Positions 1-13,824 of a stretch of DNA of 64,000 nucleotides are shown here, piece after piece; the stretch's first letter is position 1; every line of letters starts with the position of its first letter. Source of the DNA: Mobula birostris (Eukaryota); the NCBI RefSeq assembly GCF_030028105.1, contig NC_092377.1:126622242-126686241 (forward strand). Reading direction: 5' to 3'. Both the position numbers and the translations under genes were made by a program. Below the pieces are notes generated by a model, which worked only from the letters and a program-made list of their open reading frames with translations, did not search any database and was not told where the DNA came from.

Positions 1-95
1 GGTGTTGCTTACTTCGATGTGCTCATGTTAATTTTGGATAATGATAATAAAAAGATTTGAAAAGAAAAAAATCCCTCTCGTCGAAAATCTCTGTC

Positions 96-224
96 NNNNN
101 NNNNNNNNNNNNNNNNNNNNNNNNNNNNNNNNNNNNNNNNNNNNNNNNNNNNNNNNNNNNNNNNNNNNNNNNNNNNNNNNNNNNNNNNNNNNNNNNNNNN
201 NNNNNNNNNNNNNNNNNNNNNNNN
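96..224. other. Assembly gap (run of N)
   Basis: Continuous N run in the sequence. Confidence 0.99.
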
Positions 225-1167
225 ACTCTGCCCTTCCGTTCGATCACTATTTCTCACCAATCGAATCACCGACTGCCGACTACCAGTCAGTCTCTCTTTA
301 ACTCTCTCACCACCCCTAAGCGATGACTCTCCCCCTCTCCACAATAAAGCAGAGACTCTTCTGAATACCTTTCAGACTCTCTCCCTTTTTCCCTACACTT
401 CCGGCACCGATCCTTTCGAATGCTTCCCAACTTGTCTCTCTCCACAGCAACGCCACCGAGGACTGTCTGTCTCTAATTCGCTCTCCCTCAGCGCTCGGAG
501 CCCCGACTGTGCCCCCGCTCCGCCTCGATAGCAGGTTCTGTAATGTCGAAACAACGATGGGTTGAATGTTTCTCAGTTTCTCAGTTTCTCACTCCGCACT
601 CCGACTCAGTCCGTTATCGACCACCTCTCAGTATCTTTCTCAACTCGCAGCTCCGGCTCTTGCCTTCGGCCTCGATCACTCCCTCTCTCCACAATCACAG
701 CAACGACTCTGTCGAACATCTATCAGTCTCTCTCTCTCTCACCACTTCCGGCTCCGATTCTGTAGACTGCCTCTCAGTCTTTCTCTCCACAATCACAGCA
801 CCGACTCTGACGATTCTCTGTCTCTCCAGTCGTAACGCAGACTACGGCACTTGGCCTCGATTTTTCTCACTCGCATAATTCCATGCAGCGACTCTGTCGA
901 AATTCTCTCTCGTCGAAATATCTCTCCTCGTCGATAATCAGTCCCGTCAAAATATCTCTCTCTCCCTCTACCCACAATACCGACTCTATGAAGTGATTCT
1001 CAGTCTCTTCCTCTACATTCCTATTACACACTCTGACCACCGCACCTGTCTCTCTCACTGACAATCTCTCTCTCTCTCTCTCTCACACTCTCTCTTTCAC
1101 TCTCTCTCTCACACTCTCTCTCAGACTCTCTCTCTCTCACACACACACTCTCTCTCTCACTCTCTCA

Positions 1168-1208
<41 letters not shown>

Positions 1209-2501
1209 AAACGAGAACATCTGTAGATGCTGGAAATCCAAAGCAAAAACACAATGTGCCGGAGGAACTCAGCAGACCAGGCAGTATCTATGGAGAAAAG
1301 TAAACAGTTGACTTTTCGGGTCGAGACCGTGCATCAGGGCCTATGAAGGGTCTTGGCCCGAAACAGCGACTGTTCCTCTGGCATTTTCTGTACTTGTCAG
1401 CCTCGCTCTCTCTCCTCTCGCAGCCAAGGCTTCAGCCCTCAGCCTCGATAACTGTCCCTCTCCCCTATCAAAGTCCGGCTCTGTCGACCGTCTCTCAGTA
1501 TCTTTCTCAACTCACAGCTCCGGCTCTTGCCTTCAGCCTCGATCACTCCCTCTCTCCACAATCGATGTTACCGACTCTGTCGAATATCTATCAGACTCTC
1601 CCTCTCCACTTCCGGCATCGATTCTGTCGACAGCCTCTCAGTCTGTCTATCTCCACAAGGCACCGAGTCTGACGACTCTCCGTCCACAGTCCGAGTGCAG
1701 ACTGCGGCCCCCAGCCTCGATTACTTTCTCTCTCTCTCTCTCTCCACTATCGAAACACGCACTCCGTCGATTGTTTCTCGGCCTCTCCTTCTCCCTCTCC
1801 ACACTCCTACCATCGTCAAGTGTCACCACCTCCCGGTATCTGTCTCGACTCGCAGCGCGACTCCCGCGTCATCCTCGATTACTCTCTCTCTCTCTCTCTC
1901 TCGCTACTGTCGAGCAGGAATGCATGATTAATGTACCAGGTTTTCGAAGATCGGAGAGGTAAAAGAGAGTGGGAGAGGTACACTACTAATCAGGGACAAT
2001 ATCACAGGGGAGACATAGTAGACGGGTCGGACACAGTCCATTCGGGTAGAACTCAGCAACAGGAAGGGTGAAATCACCTTGATGGGGTTGCAGTAAAGAC
2101 CCCTAATATCCACCGGGACACTGAGAAACAGATATGTAGTCAGATGAATGAAATGTGTAAAAATAATAGGTTTGTTCTCAACGGGATTCCCTCATATAAA
2201 CTGGGACCTACTCAGTGCCAGGGTTTTAGATGCGGCAGAATTTAAGTGTATTCACGAAAGTTTCTCAAATTGATAAGGAGATGAAGAAATTTGGATATGG
2301 AATAGGTAATAAAGATTAGTGTTTGAGTGTTTTTAATTTGCTTTTTTAGCTGGTTCAGCACAACATTGTGGGCCGAATGGCCTGTTCCTGTGCGGTGCTG
2401 TTCAATGTTCGATATTCTATGAAACCGAATCTGTCGAGTGTTTCGCAATGTCACTTTCCACACCCCCATTACCCACTTTGACAACTCTCTCTCTCTGTCG
2501 C

Positions 2502-2550
<49 letters not shown>

Positions 2551-2760
2551 TCACATGCCGAACCTCGACGATTTCGCGGCCTCTCGATTTGTATCTCCTC
2601 TCGCAGCTAAACCTCGGCTCTCAGCCTCGATTACTCTCTTTTCATTACATGTTGAAACTCTGATTCCGTGCACTGTTTCTCCGTCCGTCAGTCTGACTGT
2701 GTTTCTCTCTACACCCACTATCCACTCCGGCGAGTGAATCTCAGTCTCTCTCTCTACATT
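225..2760. repeat. Degenerate C/T-rich, TCGA/CGACT-rich satellite-like region with (CT)n and (GTCT)n microsatellites
   Basis: The ~70-nt block ctctcagtatctttctcaactcgcagctccggctcttgccttcggcctcgatcactccctctctccacaatc recurs at ~625 and ~1492. (CT)n at ~1060-1206; (GTCT)n at ~2506-2535. Confidence 0.6.
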
Positions 2761-2879
2761 CCCATTACACAACATGCCGGAGGAGCTCAGCAGTCCAGGC
2801 AGCATCTATGGAAAAGAGTGAACAGTCGAGTTTGCGGGTCGAGACCGTGCATCAGGGCCTCAGAAGGGTCATACACATG

Positions 2880-4010
2880 AGTTAAAGTTCCATCTTCCAC
2901 CCTACCCTCAAATTTACTTAACCATTTCCAGCACTCCCCTTCCCTTTCTCAATCTCTCTGTATCCATCTCTGGAGACAGTCTAACTACTGATATCGTTTA
3001 TAAACCCACTGATTCTCAGAGCTGCCTGGACTATACCTCTTCCCTCGCTATCACTTGTAAAAAATGCCATCCGCTTCTCTCAATTCCTCAGTCTCTGCCG
3101 CACCGCACTATCCTCCATGTTCAGCACATTATTATCCATAAGTTCTGCGTCCCCCACCACCAAGCACATCTTTTCCTGCCTACCCTCCCACTCTCTGCAG
3201 GGATTTCTCCCTACACAACTCACTTGCCCACTTGCCCCTCCCCACTGATCTCCCTCCTGGCACGTACTTATCCTTCCAAGTGGAAGAAGTGCCACACCTG
3301 TGCCTACATCTCCTCCCTCACTACCACTGGGCTCCAAACATTTACCTCCAGGTGCGGTAACACTTCACCTGCAAGTCTGGTGGGGTCATCTACTGTATCC
3401 ATTGCTCCTAGTGTGTCCTCCTGTACATCACTGAGACCCAACGTAGATCGCAAGACCGCTCCGACGAGTACCTGTGCTCCATCTGCCAGAAAATGTGGGA
3501 TTTCCCACTCCCATTCCCATTCCAAACTGTGAGTGAATGGCCTCTTCTAATGCTGTGATGAAGCCATACTCAGGTTGGAGGAGCAACACCTTGTATTCCG
3601 TCCAACCTGATGGCATGAACACTGATTTCCTGAACTTCCAGTAACTGCCTCCACCTTCTCCTTTAACACTTCCCATTCCTGTTTCCCTTTCACCTCATCT
3701 CCTTACTTGCCTATCACCTCTGTCCAGTGCTCTAACCTCTTCCCTTTCTTCCATGGTAGTCTATCATCTCCTATCAAATATCCTTTCTCCAGCCCTTTAT
3801 CCTCCAGTTTCACATATCACCTGCCACCTTGTACTTTTCCTCCCCTCCTCACACCGTTTTACTCTGACTTCTCTCCTTCCTTTCCAGTCCTGAAGAAGGA
3901 TCTTGGCTGAAAAAGTCGATTGTTTACTCTTTTCCATACATGCTGCCTGGCCTGCCGAGTTCCTCCTGCATTTGAATGGATTGCTTTGGATTTCCAGCAC
4001 CTGCAAATGC
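2880..4010 (+). mobile_element. Degenerate Penelope-like element 3' fragment (GIY-YIG remnant plus terminal repeat)
   Basis: Clear nucleotide similarity to the better-preserved copies at 17.2-19.1 kb and 42.2-43.3 kb (e.g. cactcaggttggaggagcaacacctt). Confidence 0.7.
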
Positions 4011-4470
4011 ACACACTAGGAAATCTGCAGATGCTGGAATTTCAAGCAACACACATCAAAGTTGCTGGTGAACGCAGCAGGCCAGACAGCATCTCTAGGA
4101 AGAGGTTCAGTCGACGTTTCGGGCCGAGGCCCTTCGTCAGGACTAACTGAAAGAAGAGCTAGTAAGAGATTTGAAAGTGGGAAGAGGAGGGGGAGATCCG
4201 AAATGATAGGAGAAGACAGGAGGGGGAGGGATGGAGTCAAGAGCTGGACTGGTGATTGGCAAAAGGGATATGAGAGGATCATGGGACAGGAGGCCTAGGG
4301 AGAAAGAAAAGAGAGGGGCTGGGGAGCCAAGAAGATGGGCAAGGGGTATCGTGAGAGGGACAGAGGGAGAAAAAGGGGAGAGAGAAAAAAAGAATGTGTG
4401 TATATAAATAAATAACGGATGGGGTACGAGAGAGAGGTGGGGCATTAGCGGAAGTTTGAGAAGTCAATGT
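4011..4470 (-). mobile_element. Penelope-like terminal repeat (pLTR) fragment
   Basis: Near-identical to 40101-40470 and to the reverse complement of 42860-43290. Confidence 0.8.
4109..4144 (-). ncRNA. Minimal type I hammerhead ribozyme motif in Penelope pLTR
   Basis: Minus strand reads AGTC-CTGACGA-AGGGCCTCGGCCC-GAAAC-GTC-GACT: catalytic core CUGANGA/GAAA, stem I AGTC/GACT, stem II GGG/CCC, GUC cleavage triplet. Confidence 0.7.
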
Positions 4471-5376
4471 TAATGTTTATAAATAAATAAGTAAACATAA
4501 ATATACAAACAGACCCTCGGTGACCCATCATTAATTGTGGATGCATCACTTTGCCCTTGTTTATATTGAATTCCATCTGCCTCTCTCTGAAAAACTTCCC
4601 CTCTGATCTGTATCCGCAGCAACCTTCCTAGCTCTCTACAGCACCATTAACCTGTGTTAGTCACAAACCTAGCAATCATGTCTCCAATATTCACAACTCA
4701 GTTGCTAACATATTAACATATTGCTTAATTGTCCCTCGGGACGTCCCACATAACGGGAATCTCTGGACCCCTGGATGAATGTGCATGTCTGGGTTAGCTG
4801 CAATATCCCCAGCATTTGGCCACATTTACCAAGCATGGGCTTTGCTCAGTCTGAGATCACCTGGGACTAATTCCAGCCTCTTTCTTAAATCTGTCAGGGA
4901 TTTGGATGTGGGATTAATGAAGGTATCCTTCTGGGATGTGAACACCAACTAACCTGGTGTGAAAAGCATCAGTATTGTAAATTTTCTCTTTAGTTGACTT
5001 GTATGCACAGGATTTAGTGTTGCTAGTTAAATGTTCACAATCCAAATACTGAGAGTATACCAGGTCTGCGAGGATTTCAAAATGTATCTTCCAACATCCC
5101 ATCTTCTCACGACCATCTAGCTGGTGCCAAGCCAACATGAGACGATTCCTGTGAAAACATCTCACTGTTATTGGGTTGTTAAAAAAAAATCACTGTTTTA
5201 TTTGGCAGTGAAGATAATCAGTGTGGATCATTTTATTATGGGGGGGTTTACAGAATGGAGGGGTATGCCATATGTTCCCCATTGCTACTAGAAACACAAG
5301 AGAGTCTCTACTTTCCTAGATGTTTGAAGAAATTTGGGCTGTCATTGAAGACATTGACAAACTTCTACAGATAGTT

Positions 5377-6230
5377 GCAAAGAAAATGTTTGTGAACACT
5401 TTGAAATTACCTGTTTTTCTGTATTAATTACTCATAAAATGCAGTCTGATCTTCATCTACATCATAATAATTGACAAACACAATCTGCCTAAACTAATAA
5501 CACACAAACAATTGTACTTCTCATCAATACTGAGTACACCATTTTAAAATCAATGAGATGATATTGGAGGTGTAGGTGGTAGAGGTGCCCTGCCATATAA
5601 AGAAGACACACAAAGTCAGGTTACTGACAGAGCCTGCTCTTCTCAAGAAAGATCTCTTTAGGTGCACCATGCCTCGATCAAAGCAACTTTCTGGGGATTC
5701 TAGAAGGAGAACTGTGGAGATGCACACAGCTGGAAAGGGTAACAGAAGCATTTCTAAAGACCTGAGTGTTCATCTGTCCACAGTCAGGCAACTTGGCTAC
5801 AAATGGAGGAAATTCATTACTGTTGCTGCTCTCCCTGGGATTGGGCAAAGATCACATCAAGAGCACAACGTGCGATGCTGAAGGAGGTGAAAAACGAACC
5901 CAAGGTTAACAGCAAAACACCTGCAGAAATCTCTGGAACCTGCTAAAGTCTCTGCTTATGTATCCACTATAAGAAAAACACTGAACAAGGATGTTGTTTA
6001 TGGAAGGACTGCTTTCCAGAAAAAAAAACATTCCAGCATGTCTCAAGTTTGGAAAGGATCACTTGGATGTTCCACAATGTTTCTGGGACAATGTTCTGTG
6101 GACAGATGAGACAAAAGTTGATCTTTATGACAGAAGTGCATTGCACAACAACACCAAAACTTCATCCAAAATGTGAAGCACGGTGGAAGGAGCTTCATTG
6201 TTTGGGTCTGCTTTGTTACCAGGGCCACAC
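5377..6230 (+). mobile_element. Tc1-like DNA transposon fragment (disrupted transposase)
   Basis: MPRSKQLSGDSRRRTVEMHTAGKGNRSISKDLSVHLSTVRQ (HTH-like N-terminus) and FWDNVLWTDETKVDLY (first Asp motif of the DDE domain). Confidence 0.85.
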
Positions 6231-6239
6231 ATGGAGACG

Positions 6240-7895
6240 GCCTCAAATACCATCTATAGATTTGCTGATGATACAACCATTGTTACCAGAATCTCAGATG
6301 GTGATGAGAGGGCGTACAGGAACGAGACTCTCCCTGGGATTGGGCAAAGATCACACCAAGAGCACAATATGCAGTGCAGACCCCCGCCCCACACGCTGTT
6401 GTCCAACACCTCTTCGACTATACTTCATTGAGAGTTTGAAGGGATTTGGTATGTCAACAATGTGACGAGAATACACATAAAATTAAGATGTTTGCTGGCC
6501 TGGGTTAGCATCAGTGGCATCAGCAAGTGGCCTGCCACCTGTCCTCAGGGGAAGGAGAGATGAGGAACAATGGAGCAGCGTCTGGAGATGTGTAATGAAG
6601 GGACGGGAGAGAGAGCTGTCTGGAGCGGCTCCCCGTTTGAACCCTGAACTGTTTGAAGTGATGGACAGGCGATCTGGAGATGTGTAATGAAGGGACGGGA
6701 GAGAAAGCTGTCTGGAGCGGCTCCCCCTTTGAACTCTGAACTGTTTGAAGTGATGGACAGGCGATAGGGACAGGTTCGCTAAGGCAGGACACACACGACA
6801 CCCGAGGTAACGAGACCCTGGAAGCGGTGCGCCTCTCACGAGTCGGTGGGAAGTACCGGACCTTAAACGCATAGGGTGGAAAGGTACGATCAGCGGGAAC
6901 CCGGTGTGTGTCCACCCTCGCTTGGGTGCCGGGTTCACTGCAGAGGATCGACCGCATCTGGAGGAGGGGTCACAGTCGGTGACCTCAGGTGACATCACCA
7001 AGGACCTGCCCGAAAGCTGCTTGTGAGCAATATCGCCGGTCTGTGAGTGGAAGCCGTGTCTGAATGATCAGTCGTTCCCGTTCTCTCTCTCCCTCCCCCC
7101 ACGTTGTCCATCGCCATGGCAACTATTACTGCGAAATGAACGAAATTGGACTGAACTTTTGTGTCACTTTGAAATTTGGTCATTTACCCCTAGACAACGA
7201 TAGAGCTTGATTGATGCTGTTATCTTAATTCTGTGCACATGTGTGTTTATCATTGCTGAACTGTTGCATTTATTATCCTTTCGATTACTGTGTTGCTTGT
7301 TTCTTTAATAAAACGTTCTTAGTTCTAGTAATCCAGACTCCAACTGAGTGATCCATTTCTGCTGGTTTGGCAACCCAGTTACGGGGTATGTAACAACAAA
7401 TACACTCAAAAACTTCTATAAATGTGCCGTGGAGAGCATTCTGACAGGCTGCATCACTGTCTGGTATGTGGGTGGGGGGCTATTGCACAGGACCGAAAGA
7501 AGCTGCAGAGGGTTGTAAATTTAGTCAGCTATATCTTGGCTACTATCCTACAAAGTACCCAGGACATCTTCAAGGATTGGTGTCAGTGACCATTATTAAG
7601 GACCTTCAGCTCCCAGGGCATGCCCTTTTCTCACTGTTACCGTCAGGTAGGAGGTACAGAAGCCTGAAGGCACCCACTCAGCGATTCAGGATCAGCTTCT
7701 TCCCGTCTGCCATCCGATTCCTAAATTGGTCCTGTGAAAACTACCTCAATTTTTAAATATACATTATTTCTCTTTTTTCAGGATTTTTTAATCTATTCAA
7801 TATATGTATACTGTAACTGATTTACTTATTTATTTAATATTATTATTTTGTTTCTTCTTCTTCTACATTACGTAGTGCATTGAACTGATGTTGCT
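6240..7895 (+). mobile_element. Rex/Babar-like LINE 3' fragment interrupted by a solo LTR
   Basis: YRFADDTTIV RT motif, and a C-terminal LQLPGHALFSLLPSGRRYRSLKAPTQRFRISFFPSAIRFLN segment that recurs many times in the window. Confidence 0.75.
6461..7395 (+). mobile_element. Solo LTR (TG...CA, 4-bp TSD ACAA), Gypsy-type
   Basis: Starts tgtgacgag and ends gtaaca. ACAA at 6457-6460 and 7396-7399. Internal ~93-bp tandem duplication (~6581-6765). Second family member at 32471-33372. Confidence 0.85.
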
Positions 7896-8636
7896 AATTT
7901 AAAAAATTTCACGATACATCCCGGTGAAATTAAACCTGATTCTGAATTAAAACGTGAACTGTGCGGCACTGGTGAAAGTTGTAGAACAGAGACACCTAGC
8001 GGCAGAGGAATTTAATGCACTAACAGTAGTCACACGGGTAAACAGGGCGGTGAAGACGGTGTTTGGCACACTGGCCATCATGTGTCAGGGAACTGTGTAC
8101 AGGAAGTGGGACGTCATGTTACAGTTCTACAAGACATTTCTGAGACCGTACTGGGAGAATTGTGTGAGCTCTGGGGACCCAATAGGAAGGATGTAATTAA
8201 TCTGCAGATGATGCAGGAAAGATGAGGATGTTACCGGGACTGGAGGTTACGAGTTAGGTACAAGGATCGGATGAGACCTCGAACTTTTATTGTACCTGGT
8301 CTCTCAAGCTTCATTGTGATTCATCAGTAAACATGTGGTCTGCCTGCCCAGTCACCGATACAGATGGGGACGATGAAATGGAGTTGAGAGAGACCGACAG
8401 AGAAAGCAATAAGTTCCTTATCCCTCACCCGTTCTTTCCCTCCCTCATTCTATCCACCACTTCCACCGCCATCACCCAATCCCCGTTCGCCACCCTTCCT
8501 CCTGCTGCTTTCCAGTCTCCTCACATCCATCTCCGTCCCTCTACAGTCCCCATCCCATCTGCCCGAGTAACGGTATGGACTGCATTGGGGAGACGAACGA
8601 ATTAGAATCTGCGACCGAGCCAGCGCCTCCGCATTC

Positions 8637-8930
8637 ATTGGTTGGAGGTGGGATCTCTAGATGGGCGGGGATTATATGGATAACCAATAGGAGGCCTGAG
8701 TGGGGGGGGGCGGGGATTACTATTGCGCAAAAATAACTCTGAGAGCGGGAGAAATTCATCCGTTGTCAGGAAGAGAAGACTCAGGACTCTGCAGCCCCGC
8801 GCTGAATGGAGACAACAGAAGGAATCTGTATCCAGGGATTCCGGAGAGGCTGAGGGAAATCAGCAGGTACTGCGATGTCTGTCGAGGCAGATTGGACTGT
8901 TTACATTCCAAGTCGGACACTTCCAGTGAG
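8637..8930 (+). promoter_or_regulatory. Promoter-like element, copy 1 (ATTGG, GC box, CCAAT, putative non-coding exon ending at a GT donor)
   Basis: ATTGG 8637-8641, GGGCGGGG 8663-8670, CCAAT 8684-8688, donor-like ttcca|gtgagt near 8925. Homologous to 37891-38125. Confidence 0.5.
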
Positions 8931-9179
8931 TCAGTATGAGGGATTGCGAGACTGAACGACATCTGTGGGTGTGGGAGAGATGTCCGTGTGTGAGTGAGAA
9001 AGATCGACTGGACCCCGGTGGGCGGGAAGGGGCTGTGTGTGAGAGAGACAGAGAGATGGTATGAGACGCAGGGCGGATCAGAATCAGGTTTCTTTATAAA
9101 GGTGAAATTTGTTGTTTTGCAGAACAGTACCATTGCAAAGGCTTAAAATCTCTAAATAATGCAGAACAAGGTGCTGTTG

Positions 9180-12100
9180 GCGGTTTGCGCGTCTCCTTTA
9201 TCTCCGCCCCTTTGGGTTCCTTTCTTCACCCCCTCCGTTGGAGAAGAAGTATTTGTCCGATAACTGTTCAATACTGTAACCGCGGCCTCACCAACGTCTT
9301 CAGTACACTGCATTATAACCTCCCAACTCCTATACCCAGCGCCCTGACAAACGGAGAGCAGCGTGATAAGCTCTTCCTTCCCCACCCTGTCTACGTGTGA
9401 CGCCGCCTTCAGTGAACTACACACGTACTCGGAGGTCCCTCTGTTCCGTTGCAGAAGATAGTCTTCACACTTATTTTCACTACCAAAGCGCATGACCATG
9501 TATTTTCCAACATCGGACGTCATTTGTTTTCTCAACACTAGCTGCCCCTCCACCAATAATCATATCATCTGCAAACTTGGCAACAAAGCCATCTATTCCA
9601 CATTCTAAATCACTGATATACAGCACAAAAAGTGTCCAATCTCTGATCCCTGTGGAACAGCACAGCCAACCAGAAAAGGATCCTTTTATTCACAGTCACT
9701 GCCTCCTACCACTCAGCCAATGCTCTAACTATGCCAGTAACTTTTCTGTAATGACATGTGGTCCTATCTTGCAGACTGATGTGAGGCACCTTGTCAAAAC
9801 CCTTCTGGAAGTCCAAATATGCAGCATCCACTGCATCCCCTTTATTTATCCTACGTGTAATCTCCTCGAAGAATACAAGCAGGTTTGTTAGGCAAAATTT
9901 TCCCTTCAGGAAACCATGCTGACTTTGTCCAATCTTGTTCTGTGTCACCAAGTACAATGCTTCTTCCGGAATTTTTTGAGGATGTAACTATGAAAATGGA
10001 TAGGGAGAGCTAGCGGATGTAGTGTACCTGGACTTTCAGAAAGCCTTGATAAAGTCCCACATAGGAGATTAGTGGGCAAAATTAGGGCACGTGGTATTGG
10101 GGGAAGAGTACTGACATGGACTGAAAATTGGCTGGCTGACAGAAAACAAAGAGTAGCGATTAACGGGTCCCTTTTGGAATGGCAGGCAGTGACCAGTGGG
10201 GTACCGCAGGGATCAGTGCTGGGACCGCAGCTGTTTACAATATATATTAATAATTTAGATGAGGGAATTAAAAGTAACATTAGCAAATTTGCTGATGACA
10301 CAAAGCTGGGAGGCAGTGTGAAATGTGAGGAGGATGTTATGAGAATGCAAGGTGACTTGGACAGGCTGGGTGAGTGGGCAGATGCATGGTAGATGCAGTT
10401 TAATGTGGATAAATGTGAGGTTATCCACTTTGGTGGTAAGAATGGGAAGGCAGATTATTATCTAAATGGAGTCAAGTTAGGAAAAGGGGAAGTACAATGA
10501 GATCTAGGTGTTCTTGTACATCAGTCACTGAAAGCAAGCATGCAAGTACAGCAGGCAGTGAAAAAAGCTAATGGCATGCTGGCCTTCATAACAAGGGGAA
10601 TTGAGTATAAGAGCGAAGAGGTCCTTCTGCAGCTATACAGGACCCTGGTGAGACCACACCTGGAGTACTGTGTGCAGTTTTGGTCTCCAAATTTGAGGAA
10701 GGACATTCTTGCTATTCAGGGAGTACAGCAGAGATTCACAAGGATAATTCTCGGGATGGCGGGACTGTCATATGTCGAAAGATTGGAGCGACTGGGCTTG
10801 TATACTCTGGAATTTAGAAGGCTGAGAGGGGATCTTATTGAAACATATAAGATTATTAAGGGATTGGACACGCTGCAGGCAGGAAGCATGTTGCCGTTGA
10901 TGGGTGAGTCCAGAACCAGAGGGCACAGTTTAAGAATTAGGGGTAGGCCATTTAGAATGGAGTTGAGGAAAAACTTTTTCACCCAGAGAGTGGTGGATAT
11001 ATGGAATGCCCCAGAAGGCTGTGGAGGCCAAGTCTCTGGATGCTTTCAAAAAAGGAGATGGATAGAGCTCTTAAGGATAGTGGAATCAAAGGTTATGGGG
11101 ATAAGGCAGGAACTGGAGACTGATAGTGGATGATCATTATGATCACAGTGAATGGCGGTGCTGGCTCAAAGGGCTGAATGGCCTAATCTTGCCCCTATTG
11201 TCCATTGTCTACTCCATAACCTCGTCTTTAAAAATTGACTCCAACATCTTCCCAACCACTCAGGTCGGAGTAACTGGTCAATAACTTATTTTCTGCAGCT
11301 TCCTCCTTTCTTGAAGAGTGGAGTGACATTTGCAATTTCCCAGTCCTCTGGCACCATGCCAGAGGTTAATGATTCTTAAAAGATCAGTACAAATGCCCCC
11401 ACAATCCATACTGTTACCGCATTCAGAACCCCAGGGTACAGTTCATCCGGTCCAGGTGACTTGTGTATCTTTCGGCCTTTCAGGTTTTCGAGCACCTTTT
11501 AATTTCACTCACTTCTCTTCCCTCACACCCTTCAACATTTGGCACACTGCTAGTGTCTTTCACAGTGAAGACTAATGCAAAATACTCATTTAGTTCATGT
11601 GTCATCTCGTTGGCCCCTGTTATTATTTCTCCAGCCTCATATTCTAGTGGTCCTATATCCACTCTCATCTCTTTTTTTTACATAATTGAAGCAGCTTTTA
11701 CTATCCACCTTGATATTGTTTGTTACCTTGCTTCATTTTTCATCTTTTCCCTCCTAATGAATATTTTAGTTGCTCTCTGTAGGGTTTTAAAAGATTTCCA
11801 ATCCTTTATCTTCCCACTAATTTTTGCTTTGTTGTATGCCCTCTCTTTCTTTTGCTTTTACATTAACTTTGACTTCCCTTGTCAGCCATGGTTGTATGAT
11901 TTTGCCATTTGAGTATATCTTTGTTTTTGGAACACATCTTTCCTGCACCTTCCTGATTTTTCCTCGAAACTCACACCATTGCTGCTCTGCTGGCATCCCT
12001 GCCAACATCTTCCAGTTTACTTTGGCCAACTCCTCTTTCATGCCACTGTAATTTCCTTTAATCCACAGAAATACTGCTATGTCAGACCTTACTTTCTCAC

Positions 12101-12960
12101 TATCAAGATTCAAGTTTAACTCAATGATATTGTGCTCCTCAGGGCTCTTATATCTTAAGCTCCCTTATCACCTTCGGTTCATTACATAACACCCAATCCA
12201 CTATACCTGATCCCCTAATAGGCTCAATGACAAACTGCTTTAAAAAGCCATCTCATAGGCACTCCACAATCACCCTCTCTTGGGATCCATTTCCAACCTG
12301 ACTTTCCAAATTGACCAGCATGTCGAAATCTCACATGACTAACATAACATTGCCCCTTTGACATGCCTTTCCTATTTCCCGTTGTAATCAATGGTCCACA
12401 TCCCCGCTGCTTTTGGGAGGCCTGGCACCAGGGTCCTTTTACCCTCGCAGTTTCTTAACTCAACCCACAAGAATTCAACACCTTCCAATCCCATGTCACA
12501 TCTTTCTACTAATTGGATGCCTACTTTCCTATCCCTCCGAGGCAACATGTGATCTTGGTCATTCAGCTCCCAACTACAACAATCCTCCAGCCATGATTCA
12601 GTTATGGCCTCAAGGTCATATCTAATAATCTGTAATATTGCAACAAGATCATCCACCTTATTTCCTATACTACACACATTTAGATTAAACACCTTGAGTA
12701 CCATATTTACTGTCCTTTCCAACTCTGTATCTCCAATGATTTCATACTCAGCTTGTTGGCTGCAACTACATCCCATCACCTGCCCACCCTTCCTGACAAT
12801 CTGACGTGCACCGGTTTCCAACCCCCTGCCAAATTAGTTTCATCCTCACCAACAGCTCTAACACACTGACTGCGAGAACATTGGCTCCCCTCGGGTTCAG
12901 GTGCAGCCCGTCACTTTTGAACAGGTCATGCCTCCCGTAGAAACGACACCAAATATCCAA
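9180..12960. mobile_element. Cluster of CR1 LINE fragments: 9180-9955 (-), 9960-11210 (+, RT 3' part and tail), 11215-12960 (-, endonuclease region)
   Basis: HGFLKGKFCLTNLL, GVPQGSVLGPQLF, KFADDTKLGG and RPHLEYCVQFWSP motifs. Confidence 0.85.
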
Positions 12961-12989
12961 GAACCTGAAGCCCTGCCCCCTGAACCAGC

Positions 12990-13740
12990 TTCTCAGCAAC
13001 ACCACTTTCTGATTTCCGTTGCGATTGCTCCCTACGCAACTCCCTCGTCTATTTGTCCCTCCCCACTGATCTCCTTGCAAGCAGATCTAGTACAACACCT
13101 GTCCCTACACCTCCTCCTTCACTACCCTTCAGGGCCCCAAACAGTCAGTGAGCAAGAGCGTCTTCTGCTCTGTCTGCAAGGAAAGCAGTCAGTCTTCAGT
13201 CAACACGGGAACATTGACTGGGAGACACTTCACCAAGCACCTACGCTCTGTCCGCCAGCAGAAGCGTGATCTCCCAGTGGCCATCTATTTTAATTCTTCT
13301 TCCGATTTTGATATGTTAATCCACGGCCTCCTTTACTGTCATGATGAGGCCACACTCAGGTTGGAGGAACAACACCAGTCATCCCCTGTTCCCCCTCTCA
13401 CCTCATCTACTTGCCTACCATCACCTCCCTCTGGTGCTTCACCGTCTTTTTCTTCCAAGGCCTTCTGTTCTCTTCTGTTGGACTCCCCCTTCTCGAGCCC
13501 TGTATCTCTTTTACCAATCAACTTCTCAGCTCTTTAGTTTATCCCTCCCCATCCTGGTTTCACCCATCACCTTGTGCTTCTCTCTCCATCTCCCCCACCA
13601 TTTAAATCTACTCATCATTTTTTCCCTCCAGTCCTGCCAAAGGGTCGGTCTGAAACGTCGACTGTACTTTTTCCCCCACAGATGCTGCCTGTTCTGTCGA
13701 GTCCCTGCAGCACTTTGTCTATGTTGCTCTGAAGAACCGT
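12990..13740 (+). mobile_element. Degenerate Penelope-like 3' fragment
   Basis: HLRSVRQQKRDLPVA...HGLLYCHDEATLRLEEQH (GIY-YIG C-terminal part) followed by a pLTR. Confidence 0.75.
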
Positions 13741-13824
13741 TTGTGTTTAAAATTAACATGAAATTATATAATTGCTGTTGTTATGTTTATTTTGTCTGAA
13801 TGCAAACAAGGCCACAGCAGCCAC

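Noticed and set aside
543-1962. Ser/Leu-rich ORFs in the first 2 kb
   Set aside because: They are by-products of (CT)-rich repeats lacking stop codons.
9180-11210. Twin-priming inversion of a single CR1
   Set aside because: The oppositely oriented pieces overlap in RT content and look like separate insertions.
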